Source: Desulfobacterales bacterium
GTDB lineage: Bacteria > Desulfobacterota > Desulfobacteria > Desulfobacterales > JAHEIW01
DNA: 36,379 bases
NCBI GenBank assembly: GCA_037388985.1
Contig: JARRJQ010000013.1
Coordinates: 2,300-38,678 of the forward strand
Reading direction: 5' to 3'
How positions within the stretch are numbered: the first letter of the stretch is position 1; every line of letters begins with the position of its first letter. This document shows positions 25,946 to 34,800 of this stretch, in pieces. Both the position numbers and the translations under genes were made by a program. The notes beneath the pieces were generated by a model that worked only from the letters and a program-made list of their open reading frames with translations, had not been told where the DNA came from and made no database searches.

Positions 25946-26263
25946 TTATACTTTTTGCCCGCAATGTGGGCAGTATTTGAAATCTTTATCCAGCCTTTTT
26001 CCACAATATCTGCATGTCCCGGCTCCTTCCTGTTGCCGCCGGATAAAATCCGAGTCAAACTCATGGAAGCTCTTCTCGCATCGCTCGCACATAATAAACG
26101 GTTGTCCTTTTTTAACTCTTAAGATTGGAATGAAAAAAAGGCTGAGGTAATGGTCGATGCGCTTATAGTAGGCCTGATTCAATCCGCAAACCGGGCATCT
26201 GCGGGGATTTTGATCCAAAATCTTTATTTTGGGTGCAACACCGGCGATGAAGATCATTTTCAA
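25946..26263 (-). CDS. zinc-ribbon domain protein (105 aa)
   Basis: Paired CxxC motifs (CPVCG...CERCE; CRYCG...CPHCG) with a hydrophobic segment between them. TTG start at 26263, or ATG at 26257. Confidence 0.6.
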   Translation of the reverse strand: MKMIFIAGVAPKIKILDQNPRRCPVCGLNQAYYKRIDHYLSLFFIPILRVKKGQPFIMCERCEKSFHEFDSDFIRRQQEGAGTCRYCGKRLDKDFKYCPHCGQKV

Positions 26264-26276
26264 AAGTTCATGCTTT

Positions 26277-26408
26277 AGGTTTCAGGTGTCAGTGTTCAGG
26301 TGTCAGCGCTGCCGGGTTGGAGGGTTTAAGGTTCAGCATTGAGAGGTCTGCCCTTGAATATAATGCATTGAGGAAACCTGACACCCGAAACCTGACACCT
26401 GAAACCTG
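26277..26408. repeat. Heptamer-arm hairpin (GTGTCAG/TGTTCAG words), copy 2, just 5' of the zinc-ribbon gene
   Basis: AGGTTTCAGGTGTCAGTGTTCAGGTGTCAG (26277-26306) against GAAACCTGACACCCGAAACCTGACACCTGAAACCTG (26373-26408). The 29-nt right arm is identical to 25913-25941. Confidence 0.75.
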
Positions 26409-26427
26409 CTTATTGAGCTAAGGCGGC

Positions 26428-26976
26428 TTAAAAGCTTCGCGGCTTACAAATAATTTCCCGGATCCTTAAATCAAAAAAATTGTTCTGGTGGGCGGGCTTG
26501 AGCACCAAAGCGGTATCCGCACCGTGGCCGGAACCCCCGATAGCGATGATATCATTGCCCGAAAGGGAGCCGGCATCCGCAGCCATTACTGCAACTTCCA
26601 CCGCAACCTTGGTGCCCTGACCAAAGAGTCTTAACGTGTCGGCCATGATTAAAACAGGATATACGCCGGAATGTTTTTTGGCGAGGGAGCGTTCGACCCC
26701 TGAAAGTGCATGGCTGGCGGCGACAACTGTAACACCTTTTTTATGCAAGTCTTTTTTGACCTCTTCAGGCATTTCACTTTTAAAGGGTTCTTTAAATCCG
26801 ATGTGGTAAGTTACCACCGTTATCCGGGGTCCGTCGAAAATTTCAATGGCTTGGTAAGCAGTGTAGCCCGCAATTGATGCCACCACCACTTCGTTTATTT
26901 CCAATTCTTTTGCTCTTTGCGCTGCCAGTTTTAAGGTTGCCTGCGTGTTGTCCTTCCCGGATTTGTCGAAATACAT
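26428..26976 (-). CDS. pyruvate kinase alpha/beta (C-terminal) domain-like protein
   Basis: 182 aa. MYFDKSGKDNTQATLKLAAQRAKELEINEVVVAS is typical of stand-alone PK_C-like proteins. Confidence 0.65.
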   Translation of the reverse strand: MYFDKSGKDNTQATLKLAAQRAKELEINEVVVASIAGYTAYQAIEIFDGPRITVVTYHIGFKEPFKSEMPEEVKKDLHKKGVTVVAASHALSGVERSLAKKHSGVYPVLIMADTLRLFGQGTKVAVEVAVMAADAGSLSGNDIIAIGGSGHGADTALVLKPAHQNNFFDLRIREIICKPRSF

Positions 26977-27047
26977 AAGGGGCCCTCCATCTTTTCGCTT
27001 TAGAATTTTAATTGAAATTTCTTGGCACTTTTTATAAAAACTTTTTT

Positions 27048-27130
27048 CACCACGAAAACACGAAATTTAAAAAAGCACGAAATTTATATTATTATTTTTC
27101 GTGTTTTTATCTTTTCGTGCTTTCGTGATT
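27048..27130. repeat. Word-arm inverted repeat (CACGAAA words)
   Basis: CACCACGAAAACACGAAATTTAAAAAAGCACGAAATTT (27048-27085) against TTTTTCGTGTTTTTATCTTTTCGTGCTTTCGTGATT (27095-27130). Confidence 0.6.
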
Positions 27131-27148
27131 AATTAATCTTTTTTAGTT

Positions 27149-27188
27149 CCCCGATAAATCGGGATTTAAGCTTCGCTCCAACCGGCTT
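27149..27188 (-). repeat. Bipartite 39-40-nt repeat, copy B
   Basis: The reverse complement reads AAGCCGGTTGGAG-CGAAGCT-TAAATCCCGATTTATCGGGG. It contains the 14-nt palindrome CCCGATTTATCGGG. Confidence 0.6.
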
Positions 27189-27267
27189 ATCCGGGTTAGG
27201 TAATAGATGCCGAATTCTATCGGATCGGCTGCATTTTATCCCAAATAATATCTCAGTCAATATCGCT

Positions 27268-27504
27268 TTGTTTTTTGCGCTGTTTGGTAAAATCGGCATT
27301 ACGACAATCGTAACCGATAAATATTCGGGCCGATCCAGAGGCTTTGGTTTTGTCGAAATGGCCGATCAAAATGAGGCCCGCAAGGCAATTGCAGAACTTG
27401 ACGGAAAAGAGATCCAGGGCCGCAAGCTTAGGTTTAGCGAGGCTTTGGCCAGAAAAGATAAAGGCGGCGCTGGCAACGATCGTTCCTCGCGCTCTAAGAG
27501 ATAG
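27268..27504 (+). CDS. RRM-type RNA-binding protein with a degenerate N-terminus and no ATG (possible pseudogene)
   Basis: RNP-1 RGFGFVEM and a glycine/arginine-rich tail are present. The frame is open upstream to at least 27181 and contains no ATG. The TTG at 27268 would remove beta1/RNP-2. Confidence 0.6.
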   Translation: MFFALFGKIGITTIVTDKYSGRSRGFGFVEMADQNEARKAIAELDGKEIQGRKLRFSEALARKDKGGAGNDRSSRSKR

Positions 27505-27528
27505 GTCTACCTTCTGAAGCAAACCTGT

Positions 27529-29004
27529 TTAAAGGATGTGTATCTCGCAGACTTTTCGGAAATGATGGCCATATATTGCAAAGGTGATGGCCAAAGGCAT
27601 TAATTCAGGCCGCTTGCAAAGGGTCCACAGCAAAAGTTTCCAATATTGAAACCTTTCCTTGCCGAAAATTCCCAAATGAATGCAGGAATGCAAAAAGGCT
27701 ATTAAGCTTTCAACGTTGGCCGGAATTTCAATTTTCGGGGGTTTATATTCTCCCAGAAACGTTTTCACCCGTTCATAATAGTGTTTGGGTGAATAAATAT
27801 ATCCTAATATTTTTTTATAGCCATCGCTTAGGGTTTTAAGTTCCATTCGCGGAATAATATTGGTTGTACCGTCGGTATTGCCCGAGATCAAGCCAGACAG
27901 GCGGCCTTCCGCTTTCATCCGCTGATAAAGCTGCGTACCCGGAGGCGCATTCAGCAACCCGACCATGGCGGTCACGATTCCACTTTTCTGGATAAAATCG
28001 ATTTGCCGCTGGAAAATGAAAGGCGTGTCGCTATCGAAGCCCACAATGAAGCCTCCCTGAACCTGGAGGCCGGCTCTTTGTATATGCTTTACGTTTTCGA
28101 CCAGATCACGGTTTTTATTCTGTCTTTTATTGCATTCAGCCAGACCCGCTTCAGCCGGTGTCTCAATCCCGATAAAGACCGAATCAAACCCTGCCGTAAC
28201 CATCATTTTCATTAACATTTCATTGTCAGCCAGATCGATTGACGATTCGGTGTTGAAGCGGATTTGTTTTTTGTCTTTTTGCCATTCAATTAAGGCCGGC
28301 AGGAGCTCAGTAAGGAGATACTTCCTGTTTCCGATAAAGTTATCGTCTACGAAAAAAATCTGCCCCCGCCACCCTAATTGATAAAGGCCATCGAGCTCGG
28401 CAATGATTTGCATGGCGGTTTTAATTCGCACGCGATGCCCAAGCAACGCCGTAATATTGCAAAAGTCACAATTAAAAGGACAGCCGCGGGAAAACTGGAT
28501 GCTCATCGCCGCGTAACGCTTTAAATCAATCAGCTCCCACATTGGTGGCGGCGTTCTACGGATATCGGCAAATTCCGTTGTGTGATAGACTTTCCTGGCG
28601 CATCCCTGTTGCAGATCCTTCAGAAAGGGAGGCAATGTCAACTCGGCTTCATTCAAGACAAAATGGTCAACCTCATCAAACAGACCGTGTTCACTGGCGA
28701 ACAGAGGCCCGCCGGCAACGACTTTTAATCCCGCCTTTTTGCAGCGGGCAATGACCTGACGGGTAGATTCTCTTTGTACCGCCATGGCACTGATAAAAAC
28801 ACTGTCGGCCCACTGCAGATCTTTTTCGGTAAGCCTGGTCACATTTAAGTCAACCAGGCGTTTGGGCCATTTGGGGGGCAACATGGCACCTACCGTCAGC
28901 AGCCCCAGGGGAGGGAAGGCCGATTTTTTGTGAATAAACTTCAGTGCGTGCTTAAAGCTCCAGAAAGTATCTGGAAATGCCGGGTAGAGAAGCAGTGTGT
29001 TCAT
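27529..29004 (-). CDS. B12-binding-domain radical SAM protein (class B, DUF4070-type C-terminus)
   Basis: N-terminal B12-binding-like region (PPLGLLTVGAMLP), the radical SAM motif SRGCPFNCDFC, and about 490 aa. ATG at 29004. Confidence 0.85.
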   Translation of the reverse strand: MNTLLLYPAFPDTFWSFKHALKFIHKKSAFPPLGLLTVGAMLPPKWPKRLVDLNVTRLTEKDLQWADSVFISAMAVQRESTRQVIARCKKAGLKVVAGGPLFASEHGLFDEVDHFVLNEAELTLPPFLKDLQQGCARKVYHTTEFADIRRTPPPMWELIDLKRYAAMSIQFSRGCPFNCDFCNITALLGHRVRIKTAMQIIAELDGLYQLGWRGQIFFVDDNFIGNRKYLLTELLPALIEWQKDKKQIRFNTESSIDLADNEMLMKMMVTAGFDSVFIGIETPAEAGLAECNKRQNKNRDLVENVKHIQRAGLQVQGGFIVGFDSDTPFIFQRQIDFIQKSGIVTAMVGLLNAPPGTQLYQRMKAEGRLSGLISGNTDGTTNIIPRMELKTLSDGYKKILGYIYSPKHYYERVKTFLGEYKPPKIEIPANVESLIAFLHSCIHLGIFGKERFQYWKLLLWTLCKRPELMPLAITFAIYGHHFRKVCEIHIL

Positions 29005-29082
29005 CAATAGGTTCTCGTAATCTGATAGTGTTAATAATCGAGGGATTAGACACCCTGAAGTGATTCGAACAGATCTAAATCA

Positions 29083-29274
29083 TCAAATAAGAGCTTGTGA
29101 TATCGCCTTTTTGATCTTTTTGCCCTCATAGGTTTCGATACAAAGCAGGGTAAAGTCGTCCGGGGTTAACGTGCTGATCTCATAGGTTTTCGGGTTGCCG
29201 GCAATCACTGCATATTCCTCAATGGTTAATTCATTGGTCTTTTCATCGCGGGAAATAAAGTATCGCTGTTTCAT
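29083..29274 (-). CDS. small hypothetical protein (63 aa)
   Basis: ATG preceded by AGGAGAA. It lies directly after the csp terminator and 78 nt upstream of the radical SAM gene. Confidence 0.5.
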   Translation of the reverse strand: MKQRYFISRDEKTNELTIEEYAVIAGNPKTYEISTLTPDDFTLLCIETYEGKKIKKAISQALI

Positions 29275-29292
29275 AATTCTCCTATTTGAGTT

Positions 29293-29322
29293 AAAAAAGG
29301 CAGAGTCCCATCTGACCCTGCC
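29293..29322 (-). terminator. Rho-independent terminator of the cold-shock gene
   Basis: The minus-strand RNA GGCAGGGUC-AGAUGG-GACUCUGCC forms a 9-bp stem (one G-U pair) with a 6-nt loop, followed by UUUUUU. Confidence 0.6.
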
Positions 29323-29354
29323 CTTTTATGAATTAAAATGCAGGCAGCAAACAA

Positions 29355-29555
29355 TCAAATTCGCTTAACGTTGACTGCCTGTTTTCCTCTCTGAGTCTCC
29401 TTTACTTCGAATGAAACGCGGTCATCGGTTTTCAGGGTAAAAAAACCATGATCCTCGATACCGGTTCGGTGCACGAAGATATCGCCTTCTTCATCCGACT
29501 CGATAAAGCCATAGCCTTTCTTTTCATTGTACCACTTGATGCGGCCTTCAGCCAT
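29355..29555 (-). CDS. cold-shock protein (CspA family)
   Basis: GRIKWYNEKKGYGFI (RNP1-like) and DIFVH (RNP2-like). ATG at 29555 preceded by AAGGAGG. Confidence 0.9.
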   Translation of the reverse strand: MAEGRIKWYNEKKGYGFIESDEEGDIFVHRTGIEDHGFFTLKTDDRVSFEVKETQRGKQAVNVKRI

Positions 29556-29881
29556 AAATGGGATCCTCCTTATGGTCAACTGCTTGTACAGTTTCTTGGG
29601 AGATCACCTCGGTAGAAGGCAAAGAAGGCCTCATCCAAAACAGAACTGAGGTTCACCTTGGGAATCTGCTTAAGCTCAGATCCAAAATAAATTCCCAGAA
29701 AGTGTACGGGTTTTTGTTTTACAATTTATTGCGTTTAACCTAATAGCATTAAATCGTTTTCTCCACAAGCTTTATATTTTGAAGCATATGTGCACGGTGA
29801 ACCCCGTGATTAAAAAGCGGATTTGAGGTCTGATAAATAAAATCATTGGCAACTGATGTCTTTTTCAATATGATTCGTCGC

Positions 29882-29910
29882 TTGACAGGCAGCCAGAATA
29901 ACTTTAAATA
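29882..29910 (+). promoter_or_regulatory. Candidate sigma70-type promoter for the STAS / REC-PP2C operon
   Basis: TTGACA (29882-29887), a 17-nt spacer, then TAAATA (29905-29910), about 105 nt upstream of the 30016 ATG. Confidence 0.35.
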
Positions 29911-30015
29911 GATTCTGTGTAAGATGTTGATTTGATCTTGGAAATGATTATATGATATCTTTTCATGAATGGTCATAAAACCACTGCCTGAATTTACCAA
30001 TCAAAGGGGTTTGAA

Positions 30016-30351
30016 ATGGAGATAGATCAAAAAGAGGAGAACGGGGTCGTATTTCTGGCTTTCAAAGGTCGTTTGGACGGGTCATCTGCGCCTGAAGCTG
30101 AGCAAATTATCGATAATATCTTAAAGGACCAAAAAAATCGTCTCCTTTTCGACTTTGAATTTCTTGAATATCTTAGCAGTGCCGGCCTGCGGGTGGTCTT
30201 AGGCGCTGCAAAAGAAATGAAGCGCCGAGACGGAAAATTTGTTCTTTGCGCCCTGAATGCCTATGTTAAAGAAGTTTTTGACGTCAGCGGATTCGGTGCC
30301 ATTATTCCGATTGCCGACTCTGTCGAAGCGGGTTTAAGACAAATTGCCTAG
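30016..30351 (+). CDS. STAS-domain anti-sigma-factor antagonist (SpoIIAA/RsbV-like)
   Basis: 111 aa. FLEYLSSAGLRVVL carries the conserved phosphorylatable serine context. Confidence 0.85.
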   Translation: MEIDQKEENGVVFLAFKGRLDGSSAPEAEQIIDNILKDQKNRLLFDFEFLEYLSSAGLRVVLGAAKEMKRRDGKFVLCALNAYVKEVFDVSGFGAIIPIADSVEAGLRQIA

Positions 30352-30408
30352 CCGTTGCAAACCACTTCCGTTTTAGCAATTTCCCCAAATCTATCCAGGA
30401 GATAGTGG

Positions 30409-31560
30409 GTGTCCGATCGTCCAAAAGAAATTGAATCGTTGCTGCTGGTTGACGACAATCCAACCAATCTCCAGGTCCTTTATCAAACCCTTGAAACAAC
30501 CGGTTGCAAGCTGTTAGTGGCCAAAAACGGTGAAACCGCGTTGTCCATTGCCCAAAAAGCATCACCGGATCTGATTTTGCTGGATATCATGATGCCCGGA
30601 ATAGATGGATTTGAGGTCTGTCGCCGCCTAAAAGGCGATCCGGCCACAGCAGCCATTCCGGTCATTTTTCTTTCAGCGCTTACCGACACCAAGGACAAGG
30701 TCCAGGGACTTCAACTGGGGGCGGTTGATTACGTCTCCAAACCGTTTCAACCGGATGAAGTCATTGCGCGGGTAAACACCCACCTGACCATTCATCGACT
30801 CAAGCGCGAAGTCGAAAAGAAAAAAGATGCACTTGAAAATGAACTTAAAATCGTCTCCGATGTCCAGCGCCGACTGCTGCCCAAGAAGGTGCCGGAAATT
30901 CCGGGTTTTAAACTCGCGGTTCATTATGAAACCAGCCTTTATGCCGGTGGCGACTATTACGATATCGTCAAAATGCAAGACAATCAATGGGGCTTTCTGG
31001 TGGCCGATGCCGAGGGACACAGCGCGCCAGCGGCAGTCATGATGGCCATGACCTGCGCGCTTTTTCGTTCTTATCCTCAACCGCCCACGGAACCCGGCGA
31101 ACTTCTGTATTTTCTGAATGATCACCTGTGCAAGGTTGCCGATCCCAGCTTTGTCACCGCCTTATACGTGGTCTACGATGCCGACCATCACACCGTAAAA
31201 ATTGCACGGGCTGGCCATCCGCCGCCGATGATTTGCCGCTCTGACGAGCAAAAAGCAATCGAGGTTGATTGCAGCGGTGTGTTTCCCATGGGAGTCGATC
31301 CCTACGATCGAGTGCCACCGGTAACCGAAGTCGAATTAAAGCCTGGAGATCGCATACTGATGTATACGGACGGGGTTACCGAAAGGTTTAACACGGATGC
31401 GGAAACATATGGAGAAGAACGTCTGCTGAAGCAGCTTGAAGTCAACCTGGAGGGCGGCCCTGAAGAATTGCTGGCTGCCATTATGCAAGATGTGGACGCT
31501 TTTGCCAATGGTCGCCCGGCGGATGATGATCAGGCCTTGTTGTTAGCCATCGTACGGTAA
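30409..31560 (+). CDS. response regulator with PP2C-type (SpoIIE/RsbU-like) phosphatase output
   Basis: N-terminal REC domain (LLVDDNPTNL...LLDIMMPGIDG...SKP) and a C-terminal PP2C domain (GGDYYD...VADAEGHS...YTDGVTE...DDQALL). GTG start after AGGAG. Confidence 0.85.
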   Translation: MSDRPKEIESLLLVDDNPTNLQVLYQTLETTGCKLLVAKNGETALSIAQKASPDLILLDIMMPGIDGFEVCRRLKGDPATAAIPVIFLSALTDTKDKVQGLQLGAVDYVSKPFQPDEVIARVNTHLTIHRLKREVEKKKDALENELKIVSDVQRRLLPKKVPEIPGFKLAVHYETSLYAGGDYYDIVKMQDNQWGFLVADAEGHSAPAAVMMAMTCALFRSYPQPPTEPGELLYFLNDHLCKVADPSFVTALYVVYDADHHTVKIARAGHPPPMICRSDEQKAIEVDCSGVFPMGVDPYDRVPPVTEVELKPGDRILMYTDGVTERFNTDAETYGEERLLKQLEVNLEGGPEELLAAIMQDVDAFANGRPADDDQALLLAIVR

Positions 31561-31703
31561 AATTGGTTTTAAAACCCCATCTAATGTCCGAGGGCTGTGT
31601 TACAAGCCGGCTAAAAATGCTCACGTACTATCGTGTACGCTCCGCTTTTTAGCCGACTTGCGCCTTGCCCTCAGCCATAATCTGAGGTCTTAAAACCAAT
31701 TTT
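31559..31703. mobile_element. MITE-like element E31 (145 bp)
   Basis: 14-bp perfect terminal inverted repeat AAAATTGGTTTTAA (31559-31572) / TTAAAACCAATTTT (31690-31703). The left end is homologous to E13. The 74-nt core (31593-31666) is 81% identical, ungapped, to the reverse complement of 1207-1280. Confidence 0.6.
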
Positions 31704-31817
31704 GAAATTTTTATCTAACGAAATTTCGCTGAACCAGAGAACTTCTTACTTCTAGATTCCTTGTTCGACCTGCCCGCCATGACGAGCCGTCTGGTTATTC
31801 AATTTTCAAAGAGGCGG

Positions 31818-34800
31818 TTAAGCCTTTTTGGCAAGCTTTTCCAACTCACCTACCAATTTGGAAATTCCTTCAAAGTCAAAGTCCTCGGCCAATCGAACAA
31901 ATTGATCACCGATGGGGATGAAGGCATCGGATTTGGACTTCAGCTCTGCGACAATGGACTTTACCTGGGTGACATCACCCATTTCAGCCGGCTCTTTGAT
32001 TCGGTCGACAGCCTCCTCAGCCAAGTTGGGCGGCAGGTCGACCATTTCGTTTGAAGACGGCCGTTGAGGCTTTTCAGCGGGCACCGGACCCAAGGTTTGG
32101 ACCGCTTCCAGAGCGTGATTGATGGACTTTTCCAGTTTCGCAAATTTTGGGTCCCACTGCTTTTGAGATACTGCCTTTGCTTGATCTCCTTTAACCAGTT
32201 TCTCCAATTCCACCGCCGAGGCCTGAAGCTCGGTGGCCGCCAGATTTCCGGCCAACCCCTTCAGGTTGTGAATCAGGCTGTGGGCCTGCTTTAAATCCCC
32301 GGCATCCAGTGCCTGTCGGATTTCAGCGGCCACCTGGGTGTATTTGCCACCGAAATCCATCAGCAGCTTTCGGTAAAGCTGTTGATTGCCCCGCAGGCGC
32401 TTGAGTCCTTCGGCCAGGTCAAATCCAGGCAGGGAATCCGGCAACACTGTTTTTGGCGGCATCGTCTTGATTGCCGCCGCTTTTGCAGCCGATGGCACCG
32501 CCGGTCGGACCGGCACATGTTTGCCTGTCGGCTGTATCCATTTTTGTAAAGTCGCAAACAGCTGATCCGGATCTATAGGCTTGGTGACATGGCCGTTCAT
32601 GCCGGCGGTCATGCTTCTTTCTTCATCTCCGGCCATGGCATGGGCGGTCATGGCTATAATTGGAAGTGCTGAGGACTGAGGACTGAGGGCTGAGTTTGCT
32701 TTTTGGATTTCTTTTTCCCACTCGCGTATTTTGCGAGTTGCGGTGTAGCCGTCCATAACCGGCATCTGTATATCCATAAGCACGGCGTCATAATGATTGT
32801 TCTGCACAGCAACAACGGCCTCCTGGCCGTTGTTGGCCAGGGTGACCCTGAGGCCGGCACCTTCCAATATTTCCCTGGCCACCTGCTGGTTGATCTCGTT
32901 GTCCTCTGCCAGCAATACCTGCGCCCCCCGGATATTTCGTAATGTATCGGTCTCCTGCGCCTTCATCCGGGCTCTGTGTGAAGTTTCCAGCACCTCTTTG
33001 CCGAAAGCCTGCATGATGGCGTAAAAAAGAACCGAAGGGCTCACCGGTTTGAGCAGGAATCCATCCAGTCCGAGGTGTTCGGCCTTGCGCATCACGTCTT
33101 CCCGACCGTAAGCCGTCACCATGATAATGGCGGGGATATACTTCAGGCCGGAATGCTGCTTGATGCGCCGGGCGGCCTCGATGCCGTCCATGCCCGGCAT
33201 CTTCCAGTCCATAATCACCAGCTCAATCGGTCCCTCCTCAGGAGCATTCTCCAACTCAACCAGCCCTTCCGGACCGGATGCCGCCAGGGCAACGTTAAAT
33301 GAAAAAGACTCCAGCATATCCTGAAAGATTTCCCGTGAGGTGAAATTGTCGTCCACCACCAGCACTTTCATGCCCCGCATTTCCGGTGAAGTAGCAAAGT
33401 GCCTCTTGGCTCTCTGCTTTCCCGGACCGAAGGTGGCCGTAAAACTGAAGGTGCTGCCCCGACCGAGTTTGCTTTCCACCCAGATTTCACCGTTCATCAT
33501 CTCCACAAGGCGCTTGCTGATAGCCAGGCCCAGTCCGGTTCCGCCGTATTTGCGCGTGGTGGAGGTATCGGCTTGACTGAAGGATTGAAACATCCTGGCC
33601 GCCTGTTCCTGTGTCAGCCCGATACCCGTATCGCTGACCGCAAACTTCAACGTGATCCGCTCTTCACTCTGTTTTAACAATTCGGTGGAGACCACAATTT
33701 CACCCTGTTCGGTAAATTTGACCGCATTGTTGGCCAGATTGATCAAAATCTGCCCCAGTCGCAACGGATCACCCACCAGAAAGTGGGGAACATCCTGCGC
33801 CGTAGCGAAAAGAACTTCCAGATCCTTTTTTTCCTGGGCCTTTACGGTGACCAGATTAGCCAGATTATCCAGCACTTCATCAAGGTTGAAGTCGATCGAT
33901 TCCATGTCGAGTTTGCCGGCCTCGATCTTGGAAAAATCCAAAATGTCGTTGATGATGCCCAGAAGCGAATTGGCTGATGACTGGATCTTGGTCAGATAAT
34001 CCCGCTGTTTTGAGGTCAACTCGGTCTTTAAGGCCAGATGGGCCATGCCGATGATCGCATTCATCGGTGTGCGGATTTCGTGGCTCATATTGGCCAAAAA
34101 ATCACCCTTGGCCCTGTTGGCCTCCTCGGCGGCCTGTTTGGCCTCGATTAATTCAACTTCCATCTGCTTGCGTCCGGTGATATCGCTGAACACCACCACA
34201 CTTCCCGTGAGGGTGCCGTTTCTCGCAATCGGAACACTGCTGTATTCCACAGGAAAAAAGGTGCCGTCTTTACGCCACAGAATTTCATCATCGATCTTGG
34301 CGCTCGTACCTTTGGTCAGCGTTTGATGCATCGGACAATCTGCGAGGGGATAGGGAGTTCCGTCAGCATGCGTGTGATGCACCAGGGCATGAATCTGCTG
34401 GCCGATCACTTCTTCGGCTTTAAAGCCCAGCATGGCCAATCCGGCCGGATTGATGAAAGAAACCAATCCGTCTCGCCCAACGCCAAAGATACCTTCGCCG
34501 GCTGACTCTAAAAGAAGGCGGCTGCGCTCTTCAGCCTGCTCGAGGCGCTTCTGATTTTCTTTCAATTCGGCAGTGCGCTCGGCGACCAACTCTTCCAGGT
34601 GATCGCGATGTTTCTTTAGTTCGGATTCTGATTGTTTCAGCGCAGACTCGGCCTGATCAATGGAAGCAATCATTTCGTTGAAAGACTGAGCCAGGCTGCC
34701 GACTTCATCTTTGGATTTGATTTCAATTTGATAGTCGAGATCACCGGTTTGGGCGATCATCCGGGTACCGTCATTCAGCTTTTTTATGGGTTTGATGACA

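Noticed and set aside
25831-26064. 77-aa minus-strand ORF overlapping the zinc-ribbon gene 3' half
   Set aside because: It is an alternative frame of the better-supported zinc-ribbon ORF and runs into the heptamer hairpin arm. The zinc-ribbon frame has paired CxxC motifs, and this frame has none.
27253-27522. 89-aa ORF antisense to the RRM gene
   Set aside because: The plus-strand frame carries an unmistakable RNP-1 motif. The antisense frame has no recognisable features and is a mirror ORF.
29749-30000. 83-aa minus-strand ORF in the csp-STAS spacer
   Set aside because: It lies in an AT-rich region and overlaps the candidate STAS promoter. It has no RBS, an odd composition, and probably an alternative start codon. 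The region is more likely promoter and long csp leader DNA.
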